Notes: generated from the letters alone by a model not told the origin. Shown: positions 41,702 through 52,763, counted from the stretch's first letter. The stretch: DNA of 64,000 nt from an uncultured Gemmatimonadales bacterium (GCA_963821525.1 CAWGED010000019.1:192001-256000); one strand, 5' to 3'. Numbers and translations are program-made.

Positions 41702-43682
41702 CTAGCTGCTGCTTTCATCTGTCCCGACCATGGCGCGTTGGTGATAGAGATAGGCCAGACCCAGCGAGACCAGACCCAGGATGAACGCCGACCCGACCCG
41801 ATACAGGGCGTCGAGCGACGAGAGGTCAGAGAATACCACCTTCAAGACCGCGATGCCCAGTACGCCCATGCCGGCCTGCCGCAGGACCTTGATGGAACGG
41901 CGGAACCCGGCGGCGACCAGCCCGCCTGCGAACGCGATCCACCAGGCGCTCACCGAGAGACCGCTCGCAAGGTTCGCGGTCTGATCGTCCAGCGAACTCT
42001 GGTCGAACAAGGTAATCAGCTCACCGGTGACGCCCAGCCAGACCAGCACCCCGCCCAGTAACCACAGGAGAGCCCGCCCGTTCATTCCCCGGAGGAGTCG
42101 GGCTTGTGCCGTACCGCTCTTCAGCAACCCTGCCGCGAGAGCGAAGACAGTGCCGCAGGTGGCCCAGAGCGCTAAAGCCCAGGGACCGACGAAGGCACGC
42201 TCGGTATCGTCACGGCGGGGAAGATCATCGCCGACAAGGTGAGTCAACGCGAGCGCCAGCGCGATCAGAGAATACCAGCGTCCGTCATCGCGATTCAGCT
42301 TGTGATCGGCCGCGGCCCAGATCAGGGTGAGCGCCAGCAAGGCCCAAACCGCGGGTAGACCTGTCCATTGGTTCATCGCCGCGGCCGCGAGGGCCGAGGT
42401 GCCGACCATCGCAAACGCACGGCGAGGAGTGCCGTAGCCAACCAGGAGGTAGGGAATCCCGATGATAGCCGCGATGAGTCCCGGCTGGTGGTCGAACAAG
42501 TCTGGAGCAAACCCGTGGAGCGCCCAACCGAGGAGAATCGGGGTGATGTAGAAGTAGAACGTCTCCCCGATCGAGATCCGCGGCCCACCGGGAGCGACGG
42601 TGAACCCGGGCGCCCAGATCCCCGAAGCGCGCCAGGCCCGCCACCAGACCGGGGCGGCGAGAACCAACCCACCCAGCGCGGTCATTCGATGCGAGTCGGT
42701 GAGCTTGTCGTCGGCAAGGCCGAGGATACCCCATCCGCCGGCGAAGGAGAGGAGCCGCGTCTCCCACCAGCCTTCGCGTAACCCGACGAAGAGTCCGGCA
42801 GCGCCGCCCAACAGCGCGTAGGCGAAGAGCCACGTGGTCGCGGCCTCGCGCAGGATTCCCGAGGTGGCGATGCCGAAGTAACTCAGCGCAACGAGGAAGG
42901 TCGCGATCCTCCAGTGCCGCTGGGCGGAGACCCAGCCGAGGCCTATGGCCATCGTGGCGAGATAGAGCAGAAGCGCGTTGACGCTCCCCGTCTCCTTGCC
43001 GAGCAGGATCGGAGCGAAGAAGGCACCAAGTACGGCGGTGGCTCCCAGGGCCTCGCGATTGATCGCGTAGGCCAGGAAAGCGACGGCCACCGACACCAGT
43101 GCGAGTCCCACTATGCCGGTGAAGGGCGGAAGGAACCCGTAGAGGCGAGTCGCGGCCCAGACCGCGAGGTAGACAATCGCTCCGCCGGCGCCGATCAGTG
43201 CCGCGCCATAGGTCCGGAGGCCCTTCTCATGGAGCCTCCATCCGATCGCTCCCACCGCGACGCCGGCGAGCGCTCCTCCGCTGCAACGGACGAGCGGCGA
43301 GATCCAGCCCCGATCGAAAGAGAGCTTGAGCAGGAATCCCGCGGCCACGACGACGAAGATCACGCCGACCGCAAGCAGGCCGCGTTGCCCCAGCCACTGT
43401 TCCGAGTCGGTCTTCGCGCGACGGCGCGGAGGAGCAGAGGGTGCAACCGAGGGCCGCTCTGGTGTGGAACTGGAAACCCAGGGAATCGCTGGTGGAGGAG
43501 GCGCTGCATGCTCCGGAGGTGGTTCTGCGGCTTCCACCGGCCGTGGCGGCTCGAAAAGGCGGGCGCTCGACGGAGGCTTCTCTCGGGCTCTCGGTGAGGG
43601 CAGCCCCGGCCAACTGACGGACCAGCCGCTCCAGCGTCGCGACGCGCTGCTCCAACAGCTCGAACCGCTTGTCGGTGCTCAC
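41702..43682 (-). CDS. DUF2339-like multi-pass membrane protein, frame break near 43540
   Basis: N-terminal coiled coil (LEQRVATLERLV), Pro-rich linker, EQWLGQRGLLAVG, WISPLVR and KVVFSDLSSLDALYRVGS. Confidence 0.82.
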
Positions 43683-43700
43683 GTCAGACCCTCCTTGTCG

Positions 43701-45701
43701 TCAGACCCGAACCCGATCCAGCGCCTGGTGGAACTCCTCTGCCGTCTGCCAGCGGTCGGCCGGCTTCTTCGCGAGTGCCTTGAGGATCAGCTCGGCGAAG
43801 GCAGGTGGGAGGCCGGGAACCATCGTGCGGGGATCCGGCGGTGTCTCCTGCACCTGCTTCAGCAGAATCGAGCCGAACGATGTCGCGTTGAACACTCGCT
43901 TGCCGGTCGCGCATTCGAAGAGCACGGTCCCCGCGGCATAGAGATCGGCCCGGCCATCAACCGATTCGCCCATCAACTGCTCCGGCGCCATGTACTCCGG
44001 CGTGCCGATGATGCTGCCCGAGGCGGTGAGCTGGTCGCGCGGCTGGCGGGCCTCCATCAGGCGAGCGATTCCAAAATCCATCACTTTCAAGAAACCTTGA
44101 GCATCCAGCACCAGGTTGGGCGGCTTGATGTCACGATGAACAATGCCCTGGGCATGCGCGACCTCAAGCGCCCGGCAGAGCTGCCGCCCAATGGTCAGGA
44201 TCACGCCGAGGGGCAGCGCTCCCCGCTGGTCGAGCAGCTCATCCAGCCCGGTGCCCTCGACGTACTCCATGGTGATGAAGTAGGTGCCATCCGACTCGCC
44301 GAGGTCGTGGGTGCGCACCACGTTGGGGTGGGAGATTTTGCGGGCGAGCCGGATTTCCTGCTTGAAGCGCTCCAGCAGATGGGCATCGCCGAGCAGGCCG
44401 GGTTGCAGAGTCTTGATCGCGATCTGCTCTTGCAGCTCCCGGTCGAACGCGCGATAGACGACGCCCATTCCACCCGCGCCGAGCTGTTCCCGTATTTCGT
44501 AGCGATTGGCGAGCACCGAGCCCGGCATGAGCTTGCTTGGAGTGTGAACCGCGGAACTCGGCGAGGACACCGAGACGGTGCGGCTGCCACTCGTGCCGCC
44601 CAGGAACTCGACCAGCCGCTGCTTCTCCCGCAACTCGACCAGCATGCGCTGGAAGGCTTCGGCCAGCTCGCCGATCTCGTCGTGGGACTTGATATCGAGG
44701 TTACCCTCGTAACGACCCTCGGCCACTTCCCGGGTCATGTCCACCAGTTGGCGCAGGGGACTCGTGATCTGGCGGGCGAGGATGAGCGAGATGATCAGCG
44801 CGATGCCGAGTGCGGCGAAGAACGCGTAAACGATCGAGCGCTGCAGCAAGGTGAAAGGCGCCAGCTCCGCCTCGCGGGCGCGCAGACCGGCGTACTCTCC
44901 CACCGTGACACCGGAAGCGGTCTGGAGCGGTCCTACCGCCGCCATCCAGGTCATTCCCCCTGCCTTCACTCCGAGTCGCTTGGGAACACTGTCGGGAGCC
45001 GTTCCCTCGGCGGTACGCTTGCGCAGCGCCTCGTCGAGCGTACCGGCGGGAAGGGTTGATGCCGCGACCCGTGGAACCCCTAGCGTATCGAACGCGATGA
45101 ACACGACTTCCGAAGCAGTCTGACGTTTGAGCCGGTCGGCAAACCCCGTGTCGATCGCCAACGCCATGACCAGGGCGCCGACCACGGAGCCGCTGGGAGG
45201 GACCAACGGGACGGCGATCGCCTGAAACAATGAGTCACCAGCAGGAGTAGACTCCACCCAGATTCCCTGCGTCGGAGTGCCACCTAGTGCCTCGCCGATC
45301 AGGACGCTGTTCCCGAGTGAATCGCCGAATGCCGTAGCCGAGCGGGTCGAGGCCTGCAACACGCCGGCCTGATCGGTGATCATCGCCCAGGCTGCGTCTC
45401 CCTGCTTGCGGAACTCATCGGCCTGGTCCAGGAGATCGGCGCGATTGACGATGTGGAGCGCTTTTTCGATGCGAGAGATATTGGTGGGAAACTGGGCCAG
45501 CACCCGTGACGACTGCTGCAACGCGTGACTCCGGCCCGCCAAGGCATCGTCGATCGCCGACTGAGTCGCCTGGAGACCGCGGTCAATCGCGGCGTCGGCC
45601 GCCTGGCTCGCGCGAAGCCGGATCAGCGCCAGCGCGCCGCCCAGGATGGCGACCACCAGGAGGACGATCGCCAGGAAGAGTTTGAGGCCCAGGCCTCGCA
45701 A
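43701..45701 (-). CDS. Membrane sensor (Cache-like plus HAMP) Ser/Thr protein kinase
   Basis: TM, extracytoplasmic domain, TM, HAMP (ITSPLRQL...DEIGELAEAF), then LGAGGMG, IAIK, HRDIKP, DFG, YMAPE. Confidence 0.92.
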   Translation of the reverse strand: MRGLGLKLFLAIVLLVVAILGGALALIRLRASQAADAAIDRGLQATQSAIDDALAGRSHALQQSSRVLAQFPTNISRIEKALHIVNRADLLDQADEFRKQGDAAWAMITDQAGVLQASTRSATAFGDSLGNSVLIGEALGGTPTQGIWVESTPAGDSLFQAIAVPLVPPSGSVVGALVMALAIDTGFADRLKRQTASEVVFIAFDTLGVPRVAASTLPAGTLDEALRKRTAEGTAPDSVPKRLGVKAGGMTWMAAVGPLQTASGVTVGEYAGLRAREAELAPFTLLQRSIVYAFFAALGIALIISLILARQITSPLRQLVDMTREVAEGRYEGNLDIKSHDEIGELAEAFQRMLVELREKQRLVEFLGGTSGSRTVSVSSPSSAVHTPSKLMPGSVLANRYEIREQLGAGGMGVVYRAFDRELQEQIAIKTLQPGLLGDAHLLERFKQEIRLARKISHPNVVRTHDLGESDGTYFITMEYVEGTGLDELLDQRGALPLGVILTIGRQLCRALEVAHAQGIVHRDIKPPNLVLDAQGFLKVMDFGIARLMEARQPRDQLTASGSIIGTPEYMAPEQLMGESVDGRADLYAAGTVLFECATGKRVFNATSFGSILLKQVQETPPDPRTMVPGLPPAFAELILKALAKKPADRWQTAEEFHQALDRVRV

Positions 45702-45711
45702 GAGCGGCGAC

Positions 45712-46401
45712 TTAATACCGGCGGCTCCGGTCGGAGTAGGACCTGCCGTTCTTGTCCTTGTGCTGCACTAAACGATAGCCGCGGGCGTCCAGAGTCAACG
45801 CCAACGGCGCCGTACTACTCTGCGTCACCTTGAGCGGACTGGTCACCTCGGGCGCTCGTTCGTGCCAGGCGTGCAGGATGTAGTCCCCAGGCGGTACTCC
45901 GGCCATGCGAAAGGTCCCGTCAGCCCCCGGCTGAGCGTACAGCGACGTCTCCTGTACTACAACCAGACCCCGCATGCTTGCGTGCACATTGCAGTACACC
46001 TTGATGACGCCGGCCCGGTCGAAGCGCACCGACTTCGCGGTCCCGCGCCCATACAGTCCCAGATCGAATGGATCCTCGGGTGAAACCGAGAAGACATTGT
46101 GATTGAACGGATCGTGATTGGGGAAGGCGACGGTGGAGCCGCGGGGTACCACGATCAGCCGGGGCACGAATTGCTTATCCTCGGTCGCGATCTCTACTGT
46201 AGTGGGAGTTCCGGCCGGGGCTTGATCGCCGGTGAGCCACAAGACAGCCTGGCCTACATCGGAAGGACGATCGCTGTTGTCGAGGAGGGTCACCTGCCCC
46301 GTCACGGTTACGCCCTGAGCCAAAAGGGGTACCTTCCCTGCCGAGATCGCCAGGGCCACTGGTACGATCCAAATCCCAAATGACCGGCGTATCTTACGCA
46401 T
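45712..46401 (-). CDS. Secreted cupredoxin-like protein with carboxypeptidase-regulatory-like domain
   Basis: Signal peptide, FPNHDPFNHNVFS and VYCNVHASM (His plus C-x2-H-x2-M). Confidence 0.82.
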   Translation of the reverse strand: MRKIRRSFGIWIVPVALAISAGKVPLLAQGVTVTGQVTLLDNSDRPSDVGQAVLWLTGDQAPAGTPTTVEIATEDKQFVPRLIVVPRGSTVAFPNHDPFNHNVFSVSPEDPFDLGLYGRGTAKSVRFDRAGVIKVYCNVHASMRGLVVVQETSLYAQPGADGTFRMAGVPPGDYILHAWHERAPEVTSPLKVTQSSTAPLALTLDARGYRLVQHKDKNGRSYSDRSRRY

Positions 46402-46466
46402 TGTTCATAGCTTAGCCCCTCGACCCGAGGGGCGTCAACCGGGAACCACAAGGCGGTTTTCCACTT

Positions 46467-47627
46467 ATGAAGAGCGCGACCCTCAGAGCGGTCTGCCTTT
46501 CTTGCGTCGTCGCGACCCCGCTCTGGGCCCAGGACAATCCCAAGCCGGAAGTGGATCTCAAGGTGATGGTCCTGATGAACGGCTTCTACACGAGCGGAAA
46601 GACCAACAACGTCGACTTGCCGCAGGTGGCTGTGCCTCCGAGTGCCGGGGACAGTTTCCCGGCCGACGGACTGGGTGCCACGATACGGCAGAGCCGGGTA
46701 ACCGCTCATGGCTTCCTGGCCGGCGTTGCAGGTGGAGACTTCAATGCGGAACTGGACGTGGATTTCTGGGGTGGACAGCAACCCTCGAACGGCGGACGAA
46801 CCTTCCCGCTGCTGAGAATCCGGCGGGCCTGGGCTCAGATGACGTGGGACTGGTTCAATGTTCTCGTGGGCCAGGAGGCGCCGCCGATCGTCGAGCTGAA
46901 TCCCTCCTCGCTCGCGAGTATCGGGCTATCCTCACTCTCGGCTTCCGGAAACCTCTGGCTCTGGATTCCTCAGATCCGGCTGACCGGAGATCTCCTCACC
47001 AGCGACAAAGGGAGACTGAGCCTCGAGGCGACGGTGTTGGCTCCAACAGGATATGAGGCGCAGGGCGCATTCCTGACCCAACCCGACGAAGCCGAGGCGA
47101 GCAAGCGGCCCTATCTGCAGAGCCGAATTCTCTACCGCTGGGGCGAGGGGGATCACAGTGGACAAGTCAGCGTCGGCGGTCACCTCGGCTGGTTCGCGAC
47201 GACGGGAGATTCGCTGCTGGATTCGAAGGCGGCGGCATTCCTGCTCCAAGCCCCGATCGGTCGCATGGTGGAGATCCGGGGCGAGGCCTTCGTCGGCCAG
47301 GCGGTCGCGGGACTAGGAGGCGGCGCGATCGGACAGAACTTCGGGTTGAATGGCGTGCCGGTTCGGACCAATGGCGGATGGGGACAACTTCTGGTGAGAC
47401 CTTCGCCCGGCTGGGAAATCGGGGCGAGTTATGGAATAGATGATCCCAAGGACGACGACCTGGATATCGCGACGCAGCGGCTCAAGAACGAAACTGTGGT
47501 CGGCGAGATCCAATGGCGCCCCGCCCCCCTCATCCTCGGCATCGAGTTCCGCCACATCGCGACGACGTATGGTGGCGGGACGGAGACGGCGAACCACGTG
47601 AATCTTGCGCTTGGTGCGGAGTTCTGA
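46467..47627 (+). CDS. Outer-membrane beta-barrel, DcaP-like porin
   Basis: Signal peptide, TIRQSRV, ELDVDFWGG, LRIRRAWAQ, amphipathic strands and terminal Phe. Confidence 0.75.
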   Translation: MKSATLRAVCLSCVVATPLWAQDNPKPEVDLKVMVLMNGFYTSGKTNNVDLPQVAVPPSAGDSFPADGLGATIRQSRVTAHGFLAGVAGGDFNAELDVDFWGGQQPSNGGRTFPLLRIRRAWAQMTWDWFNVLVGQEAPPIVELNPSSLASIGLSSLSASGNLWLWIPQIRLTGDLLTSDKGRLSLEATVLAPTGYEAQGAFLTQPDEAEASKRPYLQSRILYRWGEGDHSGQVSVGGHLGWFATTGDSLLDSKAAAFLLQAPIGRMVEIRGEAFVGQAVAGLGGGAIGQNFGLNGVPVRTNGGWGQLLVRPSPGWEIGASYGIDDPKDDDLDIATQRLKNETVVGEIQWRPAPLILGIEFRHIATTYGGGTETANHVNLALGAEF

Positions 47628-47639
47628 GTAGCGGGCGTC

Positions 47640-47726
47640 TAGCTGTTAAGCTGTTAGCTCGTAAGCTGGCTAGTCGCTCAGCGACGGCTAATGGCTAATA
47701 GCTCACGACTCGCGACTCACGGCCGG
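47640..47726. repeat. Degenerate inverted heptamer arrays between convergent porin and MFS genes
   Basis: TAGCTGT TAAGCTGT TAGCTCG TAAGCTG versus GGCTAAT GGCTAAT AGCTCAC GACTCGC GACTCAC. Confidence 0.65.
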
Positions 47727-48968
47727 CTAAGGCTTCTGGCTTACGGCTTCAACCTCCGGCACCGGCGTCTCCCCCGTATGCATCGGAATGTGATCCACGT
47801 GGAAGGCGAGAATGCTCACCAGCGCCACGATGACTGATCCGGCATAGAATGGCGCGCCGTGACCGATGTACTGGAAAAGGTTGGTTGCGAAGAGCGGTCC
47901 GATGATCCGGCTGATCCCCGCGTAGGTCTGCGCCACTCCCATCGTCGTTCCCAGCTCGTCCTTCTCCGAAACTCGTGACATCAGCGCCGTCGTCGAAGGG
48001 AAAAGGAGTGCGGTACCCACCGGCACCAGAGGAATGAGCAGGGCGAGCTGCCAGAGATTGCGGGCCAAGGGGTAGACGGCAAGACCCACGATCAGAAACA
48101 GGGCACCGAGCCGCATTGCGCGCGTCTCCCCAATCCGGTCCACGATCGGCCCCAGCACTGCCACCCGCATCACGATGTTGAGGAGCCCGGTATAGGTGAA
48201 GAAGAAGCCGATGGTCTTCTCGGTGACGCCGTGCTCCTCCTTCAGGAACAGCGCGAGGATAGCGGTGAGCGAGGTGAAGGCCAGCATTCCGATGCCGTAG
48301 ATCCACACATAGCGAGACACCGACCGTGTCGGGTGGCGCAGCACCATCCAGGCCGCGTGCCAGATCGGTTTGCGCTCCCGGGGCTGGGGGCTGGCCGTCG
48401 CCTTCCGGGATTCGGGGAGCCAGCGCCAGGCGAAGTACGCATTCGTCGCACAGAGCGCCGCCGCGATGAATCCGGGCCACGACCGGCCCAGATGAATGGC
48501 GAGCCCGCCGATTACCGGCCCAAATACCACACCCACATTGGTTGATGCCGAGAGCCATCCCAGCGCCTTGGCCCGATCGGAAGGCCGGACAGTGTCCGCC
48601 ACGTAGGCCTGCGCCACGCCCGTCGTCCCGCCGCCCGCGCCCTGAATCAAGCGAGACAGGAACAGCAGCCAGACCGTCGTGGCGAGCCCGAAGACGAGGA
48701 ACGCAATCGCAGAAGCGGTGAGTCCGACGACGAGCGCGGGTCGGCGACCATAGCGATCCGAGACTCGGCCCCACACCGGTGCCGCGATCAATTGGGCGAT
48801 GGAGAAGGCGCCGATCAGCCAGCCGATCATTACCGGTGATGCGCCCAGGTCAGTGGCGTAGAAGGGAAGGATCGGGAGCACGAGCATCAACCCGATCATG
48901 TCCACGAAATTGACCGCGATCAGCACCGAGAGGCGCTTGATCTCGGGAGTCATCCTGGGCCCGGTCAT
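47727..48968 (-). CDS. MFS transporter (TetA/DHA1-like)
   Basis: GRVSDRYGRRP motif A, about 12 TM helices. Confidence 0.92.
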   Translation of the reverse strand: MTGPRMTPEIKRLSVLIAVNFVDMIGLMLVLPILPFYATDLGASPVMIGWLIGAFSIAQLIAAPVWGRVSDRYGRRPALVVGLTASAIAFLVFGLATTVWLLFLSRLIQGAGGGTTGVAQAYVADTVRPSDRAKALGWLSASTNVGVVFGPVIGGLAIHLGRSWPGFIAAALCATNAYFAWRWLPESRKATASPQPRERKPIWHAAWMVLRHPTRSVSRYVWIYGIGMLAFTSLTAILALFLKEEHGVTEKTIGFFFTYTGLLNIVMRVAVLGPIVDRIGETRAMRLGALFLIVGLAVYPLARNLWQLALLIPLVPVGTALLFPSTTALMSRVSEKDELGTTMGVAQTYAGISRIIGPLFATNLFQYIGHGAPFYAGSVIVALVSILAFHVDHIPMHTGETPVPEVEAVSQKP

Positions 48969-50626
48969 CCCGACACCGCAGGGCGTTCACTGCCAAGCAA
49001 GAAGACGACGGCGCTCAACACCATCAAGAGAACTCCATAGGCCGCCGCGACACCGACGTCGCCCTGGCGCAGGCTGGAAAGGATTTCGAGTGACAGTGGA
49101 CGGGTGTCGTACGTGTAGAGGACAACCGAGGTGACAAAGTCTCCGAGTCCCGTAACGAAGGCGAGTGTCGCTCCGGCCGCGATCGCCGGCCGCAACAATG
49201 GAAGCGTCACCCGCCACAGAGTCCGCCACCTTCCCGCGCCCAGAGAGGCCGCGGCCTCGTCCAGCGAAGGATCGAGCGCGCGAAATCCGGCGAGGATGGA
49301 ACGGCTGCTGATGGGCAGATTCCGGACGAGATACGCGAGCGGAAGCAGCCAGACCGTTCCGATCAGCACCACTCGTCCCGCCAGCGGTGCGTGAACGCTG
49401 AACATCGTGGCCAGGGCGATTGCGAAGACCGTCCCCGGAACGACCCAGGGAAGACCCAGCGCCGCCTCGAGGGCGGGACCGAGCGGCGATCGCCGGCGGA
49501 CCACGAGCAGCCCCGCAGCGAGAGCTATTGCCAGAGCCACCAGCGTCGAACCACTCGCCATCCAGAGACTGTTGACGAGCGGGTGGAGCCGCTCCGGCTC
49601 GCTGAACAGAGCGGTGTAGTTGGATGTGGTGTAAGCGGGAGGGAGGAGTTGGGTGGTCCAGGTCCCGATTGGCACGAAGGACAGCAGCAGCAGGGTGAGA
49701 TGAGGCAGCAAGAGCAGCACTGCGAAGACCCAGCCTCCTACCGTTGCGGCCGCACGCGCCGCAGGACTTTCGATGTGCCGCCGCTCGGGAGCGGTTCCCT
49801 TCTGTCCTCGCGTCCCCGTCTGCCCCGCACTACCCCTCAAGAACCAGAGTCCCGCGAGCGCCACCAGGCTCAGCGCGACTGTCTGCACCATCGCCATGCC
49901 GTACTCGCCGTTGAGCCGGGTGAAGACGATTTGAGTCGGCATCACCCGGAACCCGCCGCCGAAGATGTAGGGGGCGCTGAAGGAGGCGAGTGCCGTCATG
50001 AAGGTGAGCAGCGCCGCACCCAGGAGCGAAGGGGCCATCAACGGGACCACCACACGCCGCATCAGGCGCCAGCGTCCCGCGCCGAGCGATGCCGCGGCCT
50101 CGAGCATGGCGGGGTCGAGCCGCGCGAGACCAGCACGGGTCAGCAGGTAGAAGTAGACGTACATCGAATAGGCGTGGACGAGCAGGATGGCCCAGGCCCC
50201 CTGCAGTCGCCAAGGCGCTTCCTCCAAACCAAAGACGGCCTGCACCAGTCGCGCGGCGAACCCCGTCTCACCGTACAGGAAGAGAAAGGCAACCACACCC
50301 ACGAGCGGCGGGAGCACCACGGGCAAGGCGACCAGGGCGCCCAGCACGCGCCGTCCAGGGAAAGTGAACCACTCGAAGAGAAAGGCGAGCGGAATACCGA
50401 TCAGGGCACAGAGGGCGACACTGGCCACCGAAATCCAGACACTGTTCCAGAGCGCATGCCACTCGCGCGGCTCGGAGACGAATCGCTGCACGTAGGCCAG
50501 GGTCCAGCCTTGCGGCGAATGGACGCTCTCGGTCAACACCAGGATGAGGGGATAGACGACGAGCCATACGACGAGCAGGAGCAGTCCGAGAGCCGCGAGG
50601 CGAGACCGGGAGGTGCTCGGACTCAT
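48965..50626 (-). CDS. ABC transporter permease (duplicated, FbpB/ThiP-like)
   Basis: Two EAAASLGAGRWR (EAA) loops. Confidence 0.92.
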   Translation of the reverse strand: MSPSTSRSRLAALGLLLLVVWLVVYPLILVLTESVHSPQGWTLAYVQRFVSEPREWHALWNSVWISVASVALCALIGIPLAFLFEWFTFPGRRVLGALVALPVVLPPLVGVVAFLFLYGETGFAARLVQAVFGLEEAPWRLQGAWAILLVHAYSMYVYFYLLTRAGLARLDPAMLEAAASLGAGRWRLMRRVVVPLMAPSLLGAALLTFMTALASFSAPYIFGGGFRVMPTQIVFTRLNGEYGMAMVQTVALSLVALAGLWFLRGSAGQTGTRGQKGTAPERRHIESPAARAAATVGGWVFAVLLLLPHLTLLLLSFVPIGTWTTQLLPPAYTTSNYTALFSEPERLHPLVNSLWMASGSTLVALAIALAAGLLVVRRRSPLGPALEAALGLPWVVPGTVFAIALATMFSVHAPLAGRVVLIGTVWLLPLAYLVRNLPISSRSILAGFRALDPSLDEAAASLGAGRWRTLWRVTLPLLRPAIAAGATLAFVTGLGDFVTSVVLYTYDTRPLSLEILSSLRQGDVGVAAAYGVLLMVLSAVVFLLGSERPAVSG

Positions 50627-51708
50627 CGCTCGCCAGCCGGAAAGAGGTGCAGCCCGCGCTCCGCGGGCTCGATGCCGACTACGGTGTCCGGTTGCGCGGC
50701 CTCGGGCAGTCCCTCGACCTCGATGGACCGTCCATCCGAAAGCTGCACGGTGTAATACGCCGTGGCGCCGGTGAACCGGCGTTCGACCACTCGGCCGGTT
50801 ACCGCTCCGTTGCCCGGAATGCCGAGACGGATTGCCTCCGGTCGGGCAATCAGGAGCGCCTTGGCTCCAGCCGGCAGGCTCGCGGCAAACGGAAGCCTCC
50901 AGGAGCCGTCGGCAACTCCGATCACCGTATGACTCGGGCTCTGCTCCATCACGGTGACCTCGAGCGCGCTGGACCGCCCCACGAACCTCGCCACGAAGGG
51001 ATTGGCCGGTTGGGAGTACAACTGATCGGGACTGCCCACCTGCTCCACTCGGCCAGCACTCAGCACCGCGACGATCTGTCCCAGGTCGAAGGCTTCGTCC
51101 TGCTCGTGGGTGACGATGACGGTGGTAATTCCCACCCGCTCGATGACACCGCGGATCTCCCGTCGGGTCCGCTCACGCAGGGTGGGATCCAGATTGGAGA
51201 GCGGTTCGTCGAGCAGGAGGACCCGAGGTTCCGGCGCGATCGCTCGCGCCAGGGCGACCCGTTGCTGTTGTCCACCGGAGAGCTCTCCCACCCGCCGCCG
51301 TTCGTATCCCTCCAGTTCCACCAGGCGGAGCGATTCCGCGATGCGACTCCGCAGTGCCTCGCCTTTGACACCGAGCGATTCCAGCCCGAAGGCAATGTTC
51401 TCGCCCACGTCGAGATGGGGGAAGAGCGCATAGTGCTGAAACACCATGCCGAAACGCCGAGCCGCGGGCGGAACCCGGGTGACATCTTCACCATCCACGA
51501 CGATGCGACCCGAGTCGGGCGTCTCGAACCCGGCCAGGAGCCGCAGTGTTGTCGTCTTCCCACTCCCACTCGGCCCGAGCAGCGCCAATACCTGGCCTCG
51601 ACTCAGCTCTATCGAGACGCCGTCCGCCGCGACGGTCTCGCCGAAGCGCTTGCTCACCCGATCGAGGACGAGATACGGAGGCTTCACTTCGGTGCTCACG
51701 GTTTCCAT
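50623..51708 (-). CDS. ABC transporter ATPase (FbpC/PotA-like) with TOBE domain
   Basis: GPSGSGKT, LSGGQQQR and LLLDEP; start uncertain (51708 or 51750). Confidence 0.93.
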   Translation of the reverse strand: METVSTEVKPPYLVLDRVSKRFGETVAADGVSIELSRGQVLALLGPSGSGKTTTLRLLAGFETPDSGRIVVDGEDVTRVPPAARRFGMVFQHYALFPHLDVGENIAFGLESLGVKGEALRSRIAESLRLVELEGYERRRVGELSGGQQQRVALARAIAPEPRVLLLDEPLSNLDPTLRERTRREIRGVIERVGITTVIVTHEQDEAFDLGQIVAVLSAGRVEQVGSPDQLYSQPANPFVARFVGRSSALEVTVMEQSPSHTVIGVADGSWRLPFAASLPAGAKALLIARPEAIRLGIPGNGAVTGRVVERRFTGATAYYTVQLSDGRSIEVEGLPEAAQPDTVVGIEPAERGLHLFPAGER

Positions 51709-52763
51709 CTCCCTGAGCCTCGCACGTGCTGATCCCAGTAGGTCATCCAATCGCCGCCTTTAGTGGCGAGCATCTCCCAGTCCATCGGCGCCACCTTCAT
51801 CTCCTGTTCGACATCGGCTACCCATTGGGGAACCGAATCGGCCGGGAGATCGAGTCGAGCGGGTAGCCGAAAGACCTTCCGCGCGGTCAGCAGTTGTCCC
51901 TCGATGCTGCCGACGAACTCGATGTACTCCTTCGCCGCTTCGGGGTGCTTGGCACCGCGCACCAGGGCCACCGCATCATCGATCACCACCGTCCCGCTCG
52001 AGGGAAAGGTGTAGCCGAACGGCATGCCCTTGGAGCGGCTGATCAGGATATCGGGGAGGTCCCACAAGGTCACCAGCCCCTCCTGCCGCGCGAGCTTCTC
52101 GTCGAGCAGTGCCGGATTCAACGCATAAGTTCGGGTTTGCGCGTCGAGCCGGCGCAGCCACGCCATCGCACGAGTGGTGTCGCCCGTCTCCCGGATGCTC
52201 CGCTCGATGATCAGCCCCCAGATCGCGCGCATGGTTCCACTCGCAACCGGATCGCGAATCAGCACTCGATCGTGCCAGCGCGGCGCCAGCACATCGTCCC
52301 AGTCCTTGGGTGCCTCGCTGGCCGACACCGCCGCGGAGTTGTAGGCGATGATGGCCGGCGTTCGGTAGACCGGGAAGTATTGATCTCCTCCGGTCTTCGG
52401 GACCGAGGATGCCCAGCTGGGACGATAGTCGGCCAGGAGTGAATCGGCTGCACCGCGCTGGAAGATGGTCGTGGGCCCGCCAAACCACACGTCGGCCTGG
52501 GGATTCACCTTCTCGAAGCGCAGGCGCTCGAGAATTTCCTGGCTGCCCAGGTCGAGCCAGCGGACGTCGATGTCGGGATGATGCGCTTCGAAAGCGTGCT
52601 CGATCAGAATGAGCTGGTCACGTCCGTGGGGCGAGTAGACGGTGAGCGGAACGCGATGGTCACGCCCACAATGGAGGAGGGCGCCCGACAAGAGAAGCGT
52701 GAGCAGTGAGCGGTGAGAGGTAAGCGGGCTGAATACCCACGCCTTACGGCGCACTGCCGCCAC
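51696..52763 (-). CDS. ABC transporter substrate-binding protein (iron/polyamine/phosphonate family), start uncertain
   Basis: LTVYSPHG, NPQADVWFGG, PKDWDDVL, DPVASGT and HPEAAKEYIEF. Confidence 0.88.
   Translation of the reverse strand: MAAVRRKAWVFSPLTSHRSLLTLLLSGALLHCGRDHRVPLTVYSPHGRDQLILIEHAFEAHHPDIDVRWLDLGSQEILERLRFEKVNPQADVWFGGPTTIFQRGAADSLLADYRPSWASSVPKTGGDQYFPVYRTPAIIAYNSAAVSASEAPKDWDDVLAPRWHDRVLIRDPVASGTMRAIWGLIIERSIRETGDTTRAMAWLRRLDAQTRTYALNPALLDEKLARQEGLVTLWDLPDILISRSKGMPFGYTFPSSGTVVIDDAVALVRGAKHPEAAKEYIEFVGSIEGQLLTARKVFRLPARLDLPADSVPQWVADVEQEMKVAPMDWEMLATKGGDWMTYWDQHVRGSGRWKP
52699..52726. repeat. Heptamer array GTGAGCA GTGAGCG GTGAGAG GTAAGCG in the SBP signal-peptide region
   Basis: Same unit family as 59681 and 61580. 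Confidence 0.7.
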
